A stretch of DNA of 32,000 bases, taken from NCBI GenBank assembly GCA_048882505.1, contig JBHLRO010000001.1:480001-512000 (forward strand), in the 5' to 3' direction. This DNA is from Candidatus Thorarchaeota archaeon. Its GTDB lineage: Archaea > Asgardarchaeota > Heimdallarchaeia > Hodarchaeales > Hodarchaeaceae. The notes under the pieces are model-generated. The model searched no databases. It saw only the letters and a list, made by a program, of their open reading frames with translations, and had not been told where the DNA came from. Shown here one piece after another: positions 1 to 9,023 of the stretch; position 1 is the stretch's first letter; each line of letters begins with the position of its first letter. The translations under genes were made by a program, and so were the position numbers.

Positions 1-1
1 T

Positions 2-361
2 TTTGAAGATTTAACCATTCGGGGACCCCTTCGTAAGGCTCCAAGCAAATATAGGACAAAAACTCCAGCGGTTGGTGCATTTCTAAAGTATTGCACCAGA
101 AACAAACTAGATCCTGAAGAGGAGTGGAAAAGATGGGATGGGTTTCCCTATATCATCGCTAAAGGCCCCATCGGAAAACCACAGTATCTTCGTGCTTTTC
201 ACCCTGACGTTTTTCATGATAAAAGACAGAAACCAGATCGGAGACATTATGTACGGGAGATATTAGGTGCAAGCGAGCGATTTGGGATTGCTTTTTCTGA
301 AAATGAAATCCTACACAAAATCTTTGTTATTCCCTTAACCGAATTTCTGGCTAATAACTAA
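2..361 (+). CDS. polB: 3' fragment of a family B DNA polymerase (thumb domain); gene enters from the left edge
   Basis: Not in the ORF track. My translation of frame 2 reads FEDLTIRGPLRKAPSKYRTKTPAVGAFLKY...FPYIIAKG...LRAFHPDVF...KPDRRHYVREILGASERFGIAF...NN*, with the stop TAA at 359-361. It follows the archaeal PolB C-terminal pattern (L.I...l.k....Y....P.v.A ... YIv.kG ... RA ... D..yY....il.a.eR). Confidence 0.8.
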   Translation, partial: FEDLTIRGPLRKAPSKYRTKTPAVGAFLKYCTRNKLDPEEEWKRWDGFPYIIAKGPIGKPQYLRAFHPDVFHDKRQKPDRRHYVREILGASERFGIAFSENEILHKIFVIPLTEFLANN

Positions 362-600
362 TCTTGCAATTAAATGATTATTGAGGATCTAAGAAGGTTC
401 TTTGATCATTTGTGGGGTAGTTAAAAACCTTATCAGCACGACTAAACTTTCTTGCTAAATTATAACGGAAAAGGATCGGCTGTCTATAATTCCGAACATA
501 AATCCCCACCCGTTCTAATACTTGGTTCTTTATCGGAACCTCCAAAGTAGTGATCACAGTTGGAAATCATTTGATTAAGATCGTTGGAGCATGTTTCAAG

Positions 601-3600
601 ATGAAAATTCGTTTTATTAGTATTATGATCTTATTTATTCTCATAATGGGAGTTTTTCAGTCTGTAAACGCTTCTCAGTTGTCGATATCAGAATCAAAAT
701 ATGGAAACGGAATTGATGACCAAAAATCCAGTGATTCTCTTGATGATCGTTCGTTTGAGGTTGAAATAGAGTCTCAATCATTGGAATCGCTCTCGAGATT
801 TGATGACCCATTGTCTCGTCAAATCAGTCCGCTAGTTGTTAACAACGCATCAACCAATCAAAAGATTGTCCAATCTGTACAGGATGACCTAGTTGTCAAT
901 ATTGATTTAGAAAAAAATACGATTCCGTCTGGAACCCCTCTTTATTTTTCAATTCAAGCTACAAGGGGATTTTTACCAGCTGAAGGAGCTGAATTTTTGC
1001 TGGAAATCATTGATGGCGAGTACTGGGGGTATTATTATTGGTGGGCGGAGGAATACTATAACTACCAAGATCGGGTCATAACAACAGAACAAGTCACAAT
1101 TGGGCCTGATGGGGAGTATCAAGGGATGTTCCTCCCACCAAAGGACGGTATTTTCACGCTAGTTGTCCGAGATCTAAGCTCAAATGTTCTGCAGAGTCGA
1201 ACCTTTACTGTAGCTGATATTGGGATTTTCTGGAGGGTACCATGGGAATATATAATCGGTGAGGAACACTATTCAGTGGCTTATGTTTTGAACACAACTG
1301 ATTTTTCCCCTGTAACGAACGTAGCTGTGGAACTATCTACCATTACCTATGAATACGTTCCGGATAATGCGGATTACGAGGTAAATACAGATTTGGTGTT
1401 TACAGGGGTAACCGATGAATCTGGTGTTGTCGAGATTTCATTTATTCCATCAAGTAGTTTTTCATCAGGTTATTTCCTCGCAAACCTAAGTGCTACCTAC
1501 AACGGTAGATCGGTTTATGTATCCCGAGAGCTTAGACAAGGGGATAACAGGTGGTGGTGGGGTAGTGATCAAGGCTATAACCCCTATGAGTTTATTATAA
1601 CAACCGATAAACCGATCTACACTCCAGGTGAATCGATACAAGCACGGATATTAGTATGGAAAAACGATTATCACAAGGTTACTAAAAAACCAGTGAAGGA
1701 AACTTTCACCCTAAGGTTATTATCTCCGTCGCAGCATATACTTGTCCAGCGTGAATTGACTACTGATACTTTTGGGGTGGCTACCTATTCTTTTCCGCTT
1801 GATACTGATATTGAATTAGGTAAATATACCTTAGAAGCCAAAAAAGGTGAAATTCAGTCATTTCAAGAGATTAGAGTTGATAGATACGAAAAACCTGCTT
1901 TTCGAGTAGATCTTCTATTAGACCGAGACTATGTCCCACCCGGGGAATTAATAACTGGAACCCTTAGTGCAAAATACTATTTTGGCAAACCCGTGGTAAA
2001 CGGGGAGATTGAACTGGCCATTGATGTAATCACAACCTTAACAGGGGCGACTGATTCGAAAGGAGAGTGGAGGTTTGAATATCGTTTGCCTAGTGGATCA
2101 TATCTAGAAGGAAGAGAGTCCATCAAATTAAATACCACAGTGATAGATACAGTAGGCCGTGAAGTAAAGACCTCTACTGAGGTACAGGTGTCAGAATATA
2201 TCTATGTTTGGGCTTATGTCAACCCATGGTTTCCCAAGGCTAATGAAAATATTACCGTGTATTTTGGGGCGTTTCAACAGTCCGAAGATTATCGATTTGG
2301 GTGGTGGCAATATGTTCCCCTTCCTGATGCCACTGTCCGATTGAAGCTCTACTCTCTTTCCAGTTTTGGAACTTCCTATTATTTTTTAACCTTCCAAAGC
2401 GAAACCGATGACAATGGGCAAGGGTCTGTTACCTTTCAAATTTCCCCCTCTATTCTTCGATATTATTCAAATTTCCGGGTAACCGTTGAAGTTGATCCTG
2501 GTGATGGCCGCAAGGTATCCACAGATACCTACTTTTCGGTCAATCGCAACTACCTGGACATTACTCTTTCCGCTGATACGTTTAGTCAAGGTGATGATGT
2601 TGAATTTTTGGCAGAAATCATCAATGGAATCACACAGAATAGAATTGCAGGGACTATCCAAATACGGATTTTTGACCCTGATTATGATCTAATTGGCTCT
2701 GTTACTGCAGAACTAACTTCAGGAGCGCGTGAACTGAAATTTTCCCTCTCTAAAAAAGCTCCACGAGGAAGATATTATATTCATACCTACGTGGAAACCA
2801 GGATTAAGGATAACTGGTGGAACTGGGTTTATTATAGCTATCAGGGAACCTTCGAATTTTCAGTGGGTTCAATAGCTCAATCGGTCGATCTGGTAACAGA
2901 AAAAACGGAATATTCACTGAAAGATCAAATAAAAATCACAGGTTCAGTCCAAGGAATCACCAATACCCCAGTTATGGTTCAACTTGTTAAGCGTGGAATT
3001 GTCTTAACAGAATTCATCCCTAAGGATTCTGTGGCAAGCTTCACTCTGGATCTCAGTGACGTGAGTGCATTAGCACCTCGGTTTTGGGCTTTCGCATTTG
3101 TCATCTTATCAGATGGTACAATCTTAGAGACTTATCTCGAAATTAAGATTGATAGCTCTCTGAAGGTAATGTTTCAGCCAGATAAAGATGTTTACAAACC
3201 TAAAGATACAGTGAAATTGGATATCAATGTGTTTGATGCCCATAATAATCCTATTTCGACGCTTGCAGCTCTTTCATTTGTCGATAGTTCTGTATTTGGA
3301 GTCGAACCTGATCCGGAGACAGAAAGTAGCTCCTTTGAAGACTCACAATACTGGCCATCGGTTTATACTGTTGCATCTTGGAAAAATCGGCAACATTTCT
3401 GGTGGTTTTGGTGGTATGAAGAGGACGTTGTTTTTGGCGGTGACGTTCTTAGGGGAGTAGAGCCAATAGCTTTTGGAAACACTGAAAGCGCGGACTTGTC
3501 CGCCCGGTCGAATCTAGGGACTAAGATTACAAACCTACCTACCACAAGCTTTGATGTAAGAGATTATTTGCCAGAAAACGCTTATTGGAACCCCAAAGCG

Positions 3601-6492
3601 ATCTTAGCGGGAGGAAAGTTAACACTCCAATTGACTCTTCCAGATACAATTGGGGAATGGACAATTAGAGCCGTGGTCACGACTCAGACAGGGCAAGGCA
3701 TTCTAGCAAAAACAACACTAAAAACATTCATTCCTTTCTTTGTGGATCTGGATAAACCTTCCCAAGTCCTTCAGGATGATATGTTCATTCTAAAGGGTGT
3801 GGTTTATAATTATTTGGATGAACTTGTCACTATTCAGGTAAAAATTGAAACAGCTAAGGGACTCCTTCTCTTAGGAAATGTAGATCAGCAATTGCGGCTT
3901 CCTGCAGGATTTATTGGTGCCATTAGCTGGACAACATTGGCACTGGAAACAGGAAACCAAAATGTCACTTTCTATGCTAGTACAAGGCTGATTAATCAGT
4001 CTCTATTCACTGATGCGATACGTAAGCCTGTGTTTGTAAACCCAAACGGAATTACCCAGGAGGTTCACGAAAGTGGATTTATATCGAACGGGGTGATTAT
4101 CAACTACACTCGGTATACTGAGAGGGTTCAAACAAGTGAGTTTTTAGAGCTCTCTTTGGGCTTAGGTTCCGTGGCATTAAACTCATGGGAACGCCTGATT
4201 GGCTATCCTTATGGTTGTACTGAGCAAACAATTTCTCGTTTAATACCTGACGCATTGGTATATCGATATCTTGACAGTACTGGAGAATTACAAAATGATA
4301 CTAAAGCCCTGCTTCGAGATATGATTGCCTCAGGTTTATCCCGTCTTTATAGCCAGCGACACCCCGACGGCGGATGGGGATGGTGGTCGAGTGACACATC
4401 ACGCGTCTATATGACGACCATCGTACTCCAAGGCCTCATAGAGATCAACCGGACTGGTATTTACACGGACTCGAATATTATCAAAGAAGCACTTACATTT
4501 ATCGTCAACCAACAAAATCAGGACGGCAGTTGGAATCAGGACTCTTGGGGTCATATTGACAAGAATGCTTTTACTGGTTTTGTGTTACGCGCAGTTCTCG
4601 CCTGGAAGAATCTTTTGAAAGACGATACGCCAATCAAAAAAGCGGTCGCCTACATAGAAACCAAGTGGACCAATCCTGCAAACCAATCTCCCTACCTTGC
4701 AGGTCTGTACTTGGACTCAATTCCGGGATCAGGGTACGGAACGCCAGGGATTTCCGCTTCTCTCATCGCCTACTTATACCAAGAAGCCGTACCTACATCA
4801 ACGGGATATTATTGGAGATATTCATCTGACGATAAGGTTATATGGAGAGCCCTAGGTGGGGATACAGAAATCACCGCCTTGGCATTAAAAGGTCTTGTAT
4901 TACATGATACCATGGTATCTATGCCTGTTGTTAGAGGTGCCCTCCATTGGTTACTAGAAAGACAGAGCTGGTATGGTTGGGGTAACACGGCTGATACAGC
5001 TGCAGCTATTTCCAGCATTATTGCTATCAGTGAGAGTGCTATCAGTTCAGATGCAGACACAGTTGCGAGCCTGATCATCAATGACGTCCCAATAAGGAAT
5101 TTAAGTCTCTCAATCAATAATTATTCCTCCTTCTATCTCGATATCGAATCCTATCTAATCAACGGGGTAAACACCATTCAGCTCGAAAAAGTCGCGGGAA
5201 GTGGGAATATAAGCTTTTATTTCCAAGCAATCCAAACCCTTAGAGCGTTACCAATAATCGATATCCCCCCAGAGTTTATCAGCGGTGTTGGAGCGATCGA
5301 TACAATAACAATTGATCTAAACCCATCATCTTCATATGTTTTAGCGACGCAAATCCAAATTTCTCCCCTTCCTGGGAGCAAGGTACAACTGACTCCGACT
5401 GTCCAGAACATCAAGCTACTTGCAGATCCGAACCAAGTTTTATTTACATTCCAAGCCCCAAATGAGGTAGGAAGTTATGAAATCCCAGGATTTGAAATTA
5501 AGTATCAGCTAACGAATCCGATCCAGTCTGTTCTGTCTCCAGGGATCATATCACGTTACTATGGTCCAATTCTTATTTCTGTGATCGAAAACTCGGAGTT
5601 CTTCCTACCTTCAGATCTTGGTCCAGCACCTCTTGTACATCGTTCGACAGGTTTTGACTCCAAGATTCAGGAAGACATTCAATCAGAGCTACTGCTAACA
5701 CGTTCATACTCAACAACAGGAAAAACCCGCCTCGGAGACTTGATTACCGTTACCCTAACGATTTCAAACACAAAAGCTCGGGAAAATTTCCTTATGTTGA
5801 AAGATTTTCTCCCTGTTGGATTCTCAATAGACGAGAGCACAATCCAACACCCACAGGTAGCATACACACGAACGGAGTCTGGGATTACGTTCTTTTTCCC
5901 GGTATTAGAGATGGGAGATACCATTGTTAAGTATGGATTAGTTGCTGACAATCCTCGTCAGTCTTTAGCTCCGCCAGCCGAACTATCATCTATGTATGAT
6001 GAATGGATTGTTAAGAGCAACTCGGCCGTTTTAGGGGCTAGCCGTATTCGAATTGATCCTGTCACCAACAGTATTTTGAGAGATCTCCAAAAGCCGATCC
6101 TTGAAGATTTATCAATTGCAGAGGTTTTACTAGAGTTTTCTCCAGCTGTTGCAATATCTGTGAAAGCTACTGACAATTGGAGGATTAGTAGTGTTCGAGT
6201 GTATGCGGGAAACTCTAACGAGGGTAAATGGATTGTTCTGGATTGCGAAGAGCAACCTGACTCCTGGTCTACTCTCACATCCAACTTAGAAGAAGGACAA
6301 ACCCAATTTTATGTTGAAATCATGGATGAGGCTGGCAATGTCTTGGTTACGGATGCTATATCCTATTATGTTGAGTTTAGGGATCTTGTGATACCTTTCC
6401 TCCCAATAATTGGGCTTTTGATCCTAGCCTTTCTGACAGGACTCGGTGCTTCGGCTTTTGTCAGACGTAAGACGAAAGGGAATTTAGGCTAA
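601..6492 (+). CDS. Alpha-2-macroglobulin/complement-family thioester protein (TEP), exported and C-terminally membrane-anchored
   Basis: The likely start is ATG 601 (the track starts at GTG 550), giving the signal peptide MKIRFISIMILFILIMGVFQSVNA. MG-domain motifs: IITTDKPIYTPGE, RYEKPAFRV, KYYFGKPV, FQPDKDVYKPKDTV. Post-bait motif VRDYLPENAYW, then LPDTIGEW. Thioester YPYGCTEQ (Cys codon 4216). TED helices QRHPDGGWGWW, DTEITALAL, WLLERQ...GNTADT. Receptor-binding-like domain ending PPAELSSMY. An Ig-like D..P...ATDN...DEAGN domain, a TM helix (LVIPFLPIIGLLILAFLTGLGASAFV) and a basic tail RRKTK. Confidence 0.93.
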   Translation: MKIRFISIMILFILIMGVFQSVNASQLSISESKYGNGIDDQKSSDSLDDRSFEVEIESQSLESLSRFDDPLSRQISPLVVNNASTNQKIVQSVQDDLVVNIDLEKNTIPSGTPLYFSIQATRGFLPAEGAEFLLEIIDGEYWGYYYWWAEEYYNYQDRVITTEQVTIGPDGEYQGMFLPPKDGIFTLVVRDLSSNVLQSRTFTVADIGIFWRVPWEYIIGEEHYSVAYVLNTTDFSPVTNVAVELSTITYEYVPDNADYEVNTDLVFTGVTDESGVVEISFIPSSSFSSGYFLANLSATYNGRSVYVSRELRQGDNRWWWGSDQGYNPYEFIITTDKPIYTPGESIQARILVWKNDYHKVTKKPVKETFTLRLLSPSQHILVQRELTTDTFGVATYSFPLDTDIELGKYTLEAKKGEIQSFQEIRVDRYEKPAFRVDLLLDRDYVPPGELITGTLSAKYYFGKPVVNGEIELAIDVITTLTGATDSKGEWRFEYRLPSGSYLEGRESIKLNTTVIDTVGREVKTSTEVQVSEYIYVWAYVNPWFPKANENITVYFGAFQQSEDYRFGWWQYVPLPDATVRLKLYSLSSFGTSYYFLTFQSETDDNGQGSVTFQISPSILRYYSNFRVTVEVDPGDGRKVSTDTYFSVNRNYLDITLSADTFSQGDDVEFLAEIINGITQNRIAGTIQIRIFDPDYDLIGSVTAELTSGARELKFSLSKKAPRGRYYIHTYVETRIKDNWWNWVYYSYQGTFEFSVGSIAQSVDLVTEKTEYSLKDQIKITGSVQGITNTPVMVQLVKRGIVLTEFIPKDSVASFTLDLSDVSALAPRFWAFAFVILSDGTILETYLEIKIDSSLKVMFQPDKDVYKPKDTVKLDINVFDAHNNPISTLAALSFVDSSVFGVEPDPETESSSFEDSQYWPSVYTVASWKNRQHFWWFWWYEEDVVFGGDVLRGVEPIAFGNTESADLSARSNLGTKITNLPTTSFDVRDYLPENAYWNPKAILAGGKLTLQLTLPDTIGEWTIRAVVTTQTGQGILAKTTLKTFIPFFVDLDKPSQVLQDDMFILKGVVYNYLDELVTIQVKIETAKGLLLLGNVDQQLRLPAGFIGAISWTTLALETGNQNVTFYASTRLINQSLFTDAIRKPVFVNPNGITQEVHESGFISNGVIINYTRYTERVQTSEFLELSLGLGSVALNSWERLIGYPYGCTEQTISRLIPDALVYRYLDSTGELQNDTKALLRDMIASGLSRLYSQRHPDGGWGWWSSDTSRVYMTTIVLQGLIEINRTGIYTDSNIIKEALTFIVNQQNQDGSWNQDSWGHIDKNAFTGFVLRAVLAWKNLLKDDTPIKKAVAYIETKWTNPANQSPYLAGLYLDSIPGSGYGTPGISASLIAYLYQEAVPTSTGYYWRYSSDDKVIWRALGGDTEITALALKGLVLHDTMVSMPVVRGALHWLLERQSWYGWGNTADTAAAISSIIAISESAISSDADTVASLIINDVPIRNLSLSINNYSSFYLDIESYLINGVNTIQLEKVAGSGNISFYFQAIQTLRALPIIDIPPEFISGVGAIDTITIDLNPSSSYVLATQIQISPLPGSKVQLTPTVQNIKLLADPNQVLFTFQAPNEVGSYEIPGFEIKYQLTNPIQSVLSPGIISRYYGPILISVIENSEFFLPSDLGPAPLVHRSTGFDSKIQEDIQSELLLTRSYSTTGKTRLGDLITVTLTISNTKARENFLMLKDFLPVGFSIDESTIQHPQVAYTRTESGITFFFPVLEMGDTIVKYGLVADNPRQSLAPPAELSSMYDEWIVKSNSAVLGASRIRIDPVTNSILRDLQKPILEDLSIAEVLLEFSPAVAISVKATDNWRISSVRVYAGNSNEGKWIVLDCEEQPDSWSTLTSNLEEGQTQFYVEIMDEAGNVLVTDAISYYVEFRDLVIPFLPIIGLLILAFLTGLGASAFVRRKTKGNLG

Positions 6493-6498
6493 TTCCTC

Positions 6499-6522
6499 GT
6501 CCTTTTCCCTTTTTATTTTCAA
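6499..6522 (+). terminator. Pyrimidine/oligo-T tract, probable archaeal terminator between convergent genes
   Basis: The tract (...cgtccttttcccttttattttc) lies immediately after the TAA of the thioester gene. Confidence 0.45.
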
Positions 6523-6550
6523 CCCAGTCCACTGGATTTTCTGGGATTCG

Positions 6551-8839
6551 TCATCGCGCATCTGCCGTTGAAGTTAGGAGTCCTGTAACTAGCCTGTTTA
6601 GGACTTTGTACTCATGAGTAAGATCAGAGACTATTTGCTTTTGAACCACCAGTTTTTTCCATTTCACTTCTTTAATGGAATTAAATGCCTTTTTTTTGCC
6701 TTTATTATTCATATATTCCTTTTTTTGCCATTCTAATGCAATTTTTCTAGCTTTCAATTCCATTTCACCGCCTAATTTTTGAATTGCCGCATGTGATCTG
6801 TCTTCAGGGTTGTAAATCGGAATATTGATTTCCCAAGGGCGTTTGTGAAGGTTTCGAACCCCGCCACCAGCGCCTTCCGATGACCGTATTCGAACATCTT
6901 CTGCTACGCAGGGTGCATTAAGTATTCCTAAGAGATAGTGCCCTTCGTCTATTGTCGGTACAGGAACATAATAGAGTGATACATCTATGATGGTGCCTGG
7001 CTTGCGGATTAGGGCGGCTTTAACAAAGCCTGCACTTGCAGGAGTAACCACCTTTAATGGAGCTAACTGGGCAGAATGGGTAAGTTTCTTTCGAAAATTC
7101 AAATTTTCCCAAAGGTCTTTAGGCTTTTTTCCTTTCGGCTGTCGGGTTTCATAGATGGAGGTCAATTGCTCATAATGTTTTCGTGCCTTTAGATTTGGAA
7201 CTTTGGGGGAAGTTCCGTCAAAATCCAAGAAGGTGTCGAAAGTGATAGGTAAAAACACGGAAGTCCTATCCAATATCAAGAAAGGAACGCAGAGGTCAGA
7301 TTTTACTGTATAGAATATATGGTCCGATTCTACGGTTGCCTCGTCAAATGGACGAAAATTCCATGGCATTTTGACATGATTCTGTATATTTGGTTCGATA
7401 TGTACCAAATTATGGGTTTGGTTCAAGATATTGACAAAGATCAATGATCGAGGGTAGAGGTCAGCACCTTTGCGACAATGGGCGAAATAATGATTCTTTT
7501 TACTAATTAAGCGAGGTAGAAGATTTTTGTGAGAAGAAACAGGTATTAATTTCTCTGCTCCTTCACGTATTCCATCCAATCCTCTGAGAATTTTGATTGG
7601 GGTGTACTTTTCTTTTTTTCTTTTTATGAATTCGGTCGACCCATCTTTACTAAGAATATCATAGTGAGTTACAAAGACAGAAGGGTACTTGATAGGAGAG
7701 GCTTTAATGTTCTTTTTTGCGATAAAACAGATGTTATGAATTCTAAAAAGATCCCTGGAAAACCTCCATATACGAATATGATCCATATTAAGAAAAGCTC
7801 TCGTCCCATTATGTTGACTCCCGTTTATTATTGCATTACTGATCAAGAATGCAACAGTCCCACCATCTCGCAATGCGTGAGCTATCGATTGATGGAGAAA
7901 AAGAGCAGACACCTCGATGTTTGGTAAATTCCTAGCACGAGGATGTAACCCAAAATGACGGGCCAAATCTCTGAGACTTGATTTGTAGCTAGAAGAACGA
8001 ATTCCACTTAGCACTAGCCATGGAGGATTTCCAATTACGAGATCGAAATTCTCCTCGTCCATATGTTTTACTGAAGGGAAATCAGTGTTGGATGTGGGTA
8101 GAGGAGAAAAGTTGGAAACACTATTCGGAAACAAAAAATCATCCCAAACCACATTATGGGTTAATGGTTGTGAAGTTGTCCTAGCCGTGTGGAGAGCGAG
8201 ATTGACCTTGGTAGTAAAAACTGCAATTGGATTAATGTCCATCCCAAATAAATTTTGAAGCGCAATATCTTTCTTTTTTTGAGTCAATGGAGCAAACAAT
8301 ATTCTGTTTACCAAAGCAAGTAAAAAGGTTCCACTACCACAGGATGGATCTAATACGCGTGCACCTAGCGTGTATGTCTCTTTCACGACCGTTTCCGCTA
8401 GAGAAAACGGTGTATAGTATTCCCCAAGCATTAATCGTGTATTGGGAGGTATTAGTTCCTCATAAAGTTGGTTAAAAACATCTTCTGCATTAATTTTTAC
8501 CCCTCTAAAGAATAGAGCTATACGTTGCTTGATTTCCTTAATTTCATAGGCCCACATGGAGAAATCTAATGGAATTAATAAAAAACTTTGACGAATAAGG
8601 TGGGAGACAGCATTCTTCACTATGAGAATGAAGTAATTGTGTTGAATAAAAAGATCAATTGTGAGAGATTGTTCAGGATAGATTCCCTTGAATAAGCTTT
8701 TCCAGCTTTCATATACTTCGTTCAGTTCATTTTTGTGCCTTTTATAGTGCTGAAATAATGTTTCCTGTGCCCATTCTTTGAATGGAGAACCCTTTCCAAA
8801 GAATTTCTTCATGGTCTCAGAATCCAGAATTCCTGACAT
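6551..8839 (-). CDS. N6-adenine DNA methyltransferase, type IIG/Eco57I-like MTase plus target-recognition region, no nuclease domain recognised
   Basis: LGEYYTP, motif I VLDPSCGSGTFL, GMDINP and motif IV FDLVIGNPPW, followed by a long C-terminal TRD-like region. The likely start is ATG 8839 (MSGILD); the track starts at 8878. Confidence 0.88.
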   Translation of the reverse strand: MSGILDSETMKKFFGKGSPFKEWAQETLFQHYKRHKNELNEVYESWKSLFKGIYPEQSLTIDLFIQHNYFILIVKNAVSHLIRQSFLLIPLDFSMWAYEIKEIKQRIALFFRGVKINAEDVFNQLYEELIPPNTRLMLGEYYTPFSLAETVVKETYTLGARVLDPSCGSGTFLLALVNRILFAPLTQKKKDIALQNLFGMDINPIAVFTTKVNLALHTARTTSQPLTHNVVWDDFLFPNSVSNFSPLPTSNTDFPSVKHMDEENFDLVIGNPPWLVLSGIRSSSYKSSLRDLARHFGLHPRARNLPNIEVSALFLHQSIAHALRDGGTVAFLISNAIINGSQHNGTRAFLNMDHIRIWRFSRDLFRIHNICFIAKKNIKASPIKYPSVFVTHYDILSKDGSTEFIKRKKEKYTPIKILRGLDGIREGAEKLIPVSSHKNLLPRLISKKNHYFAHCRKGADLYPRSLIFVNILNQTHNLVHIEPNIQNHVKMPWNFRPFDEATVESDHIFYTVKSDLCVPFLILDRTSVFLPITFDTFLDFDGTSPKVPNLKARKHYEQLTSIYETRQPKGKKPKDLWENLNFRKKLTHSAQLAPLKVVTPASAGFVKAALIRKPGTIIDVSLYYVPVPTIDEGHYLLGILNAPCVAEDVRIRSSEGAGGGVRNLHKRPWEINIPIYNPEDRSHAAIQKLGGEMELKARKIALEWQKKEYMNNKGKKKAFNSIKEVKWKKLVVQKQIVSDLTHEYKVLNRLVTGLLTSTADAR

Positions 8840-8972
8840 TTTGTCGGAGACGATCAGTCCTACTCTCCATTCTAGCACAGATAACCTATTCGATCATGGT
8901 GGTATCCTCGTTATATTTCGTTGTGTAGACCACGCAACGCGAAGTAGGATTTTTCAGACCTTAATTCAGCCA

Positions 8973-8987
8973 AGAAAAAGTTTTAAG
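8973..8987 (+). promoter_or_regulatory. Putative BRE/TATA promoter of the SPPY methyltransferase
   Basis: agaaaaag-ttttaag lies about 37-43 nt upstream of TTG 9024, in the divergent intergenic region. Confidence 0.4.
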
Positions 8988-9023
8988 CCAAATCTGCCTA
9001 TGTGAAACTACGGAGCCGACTTA

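Noticed and set aside
2467-6284. Short alternative-frame and antisense ORFs inside the thioester gene (e.g. 4809-5117, 5679-5951, 5958-6284)
   Set aside because: They lie wholly within a strongly supported CDS and have no motifs; they are shadow ORFs.
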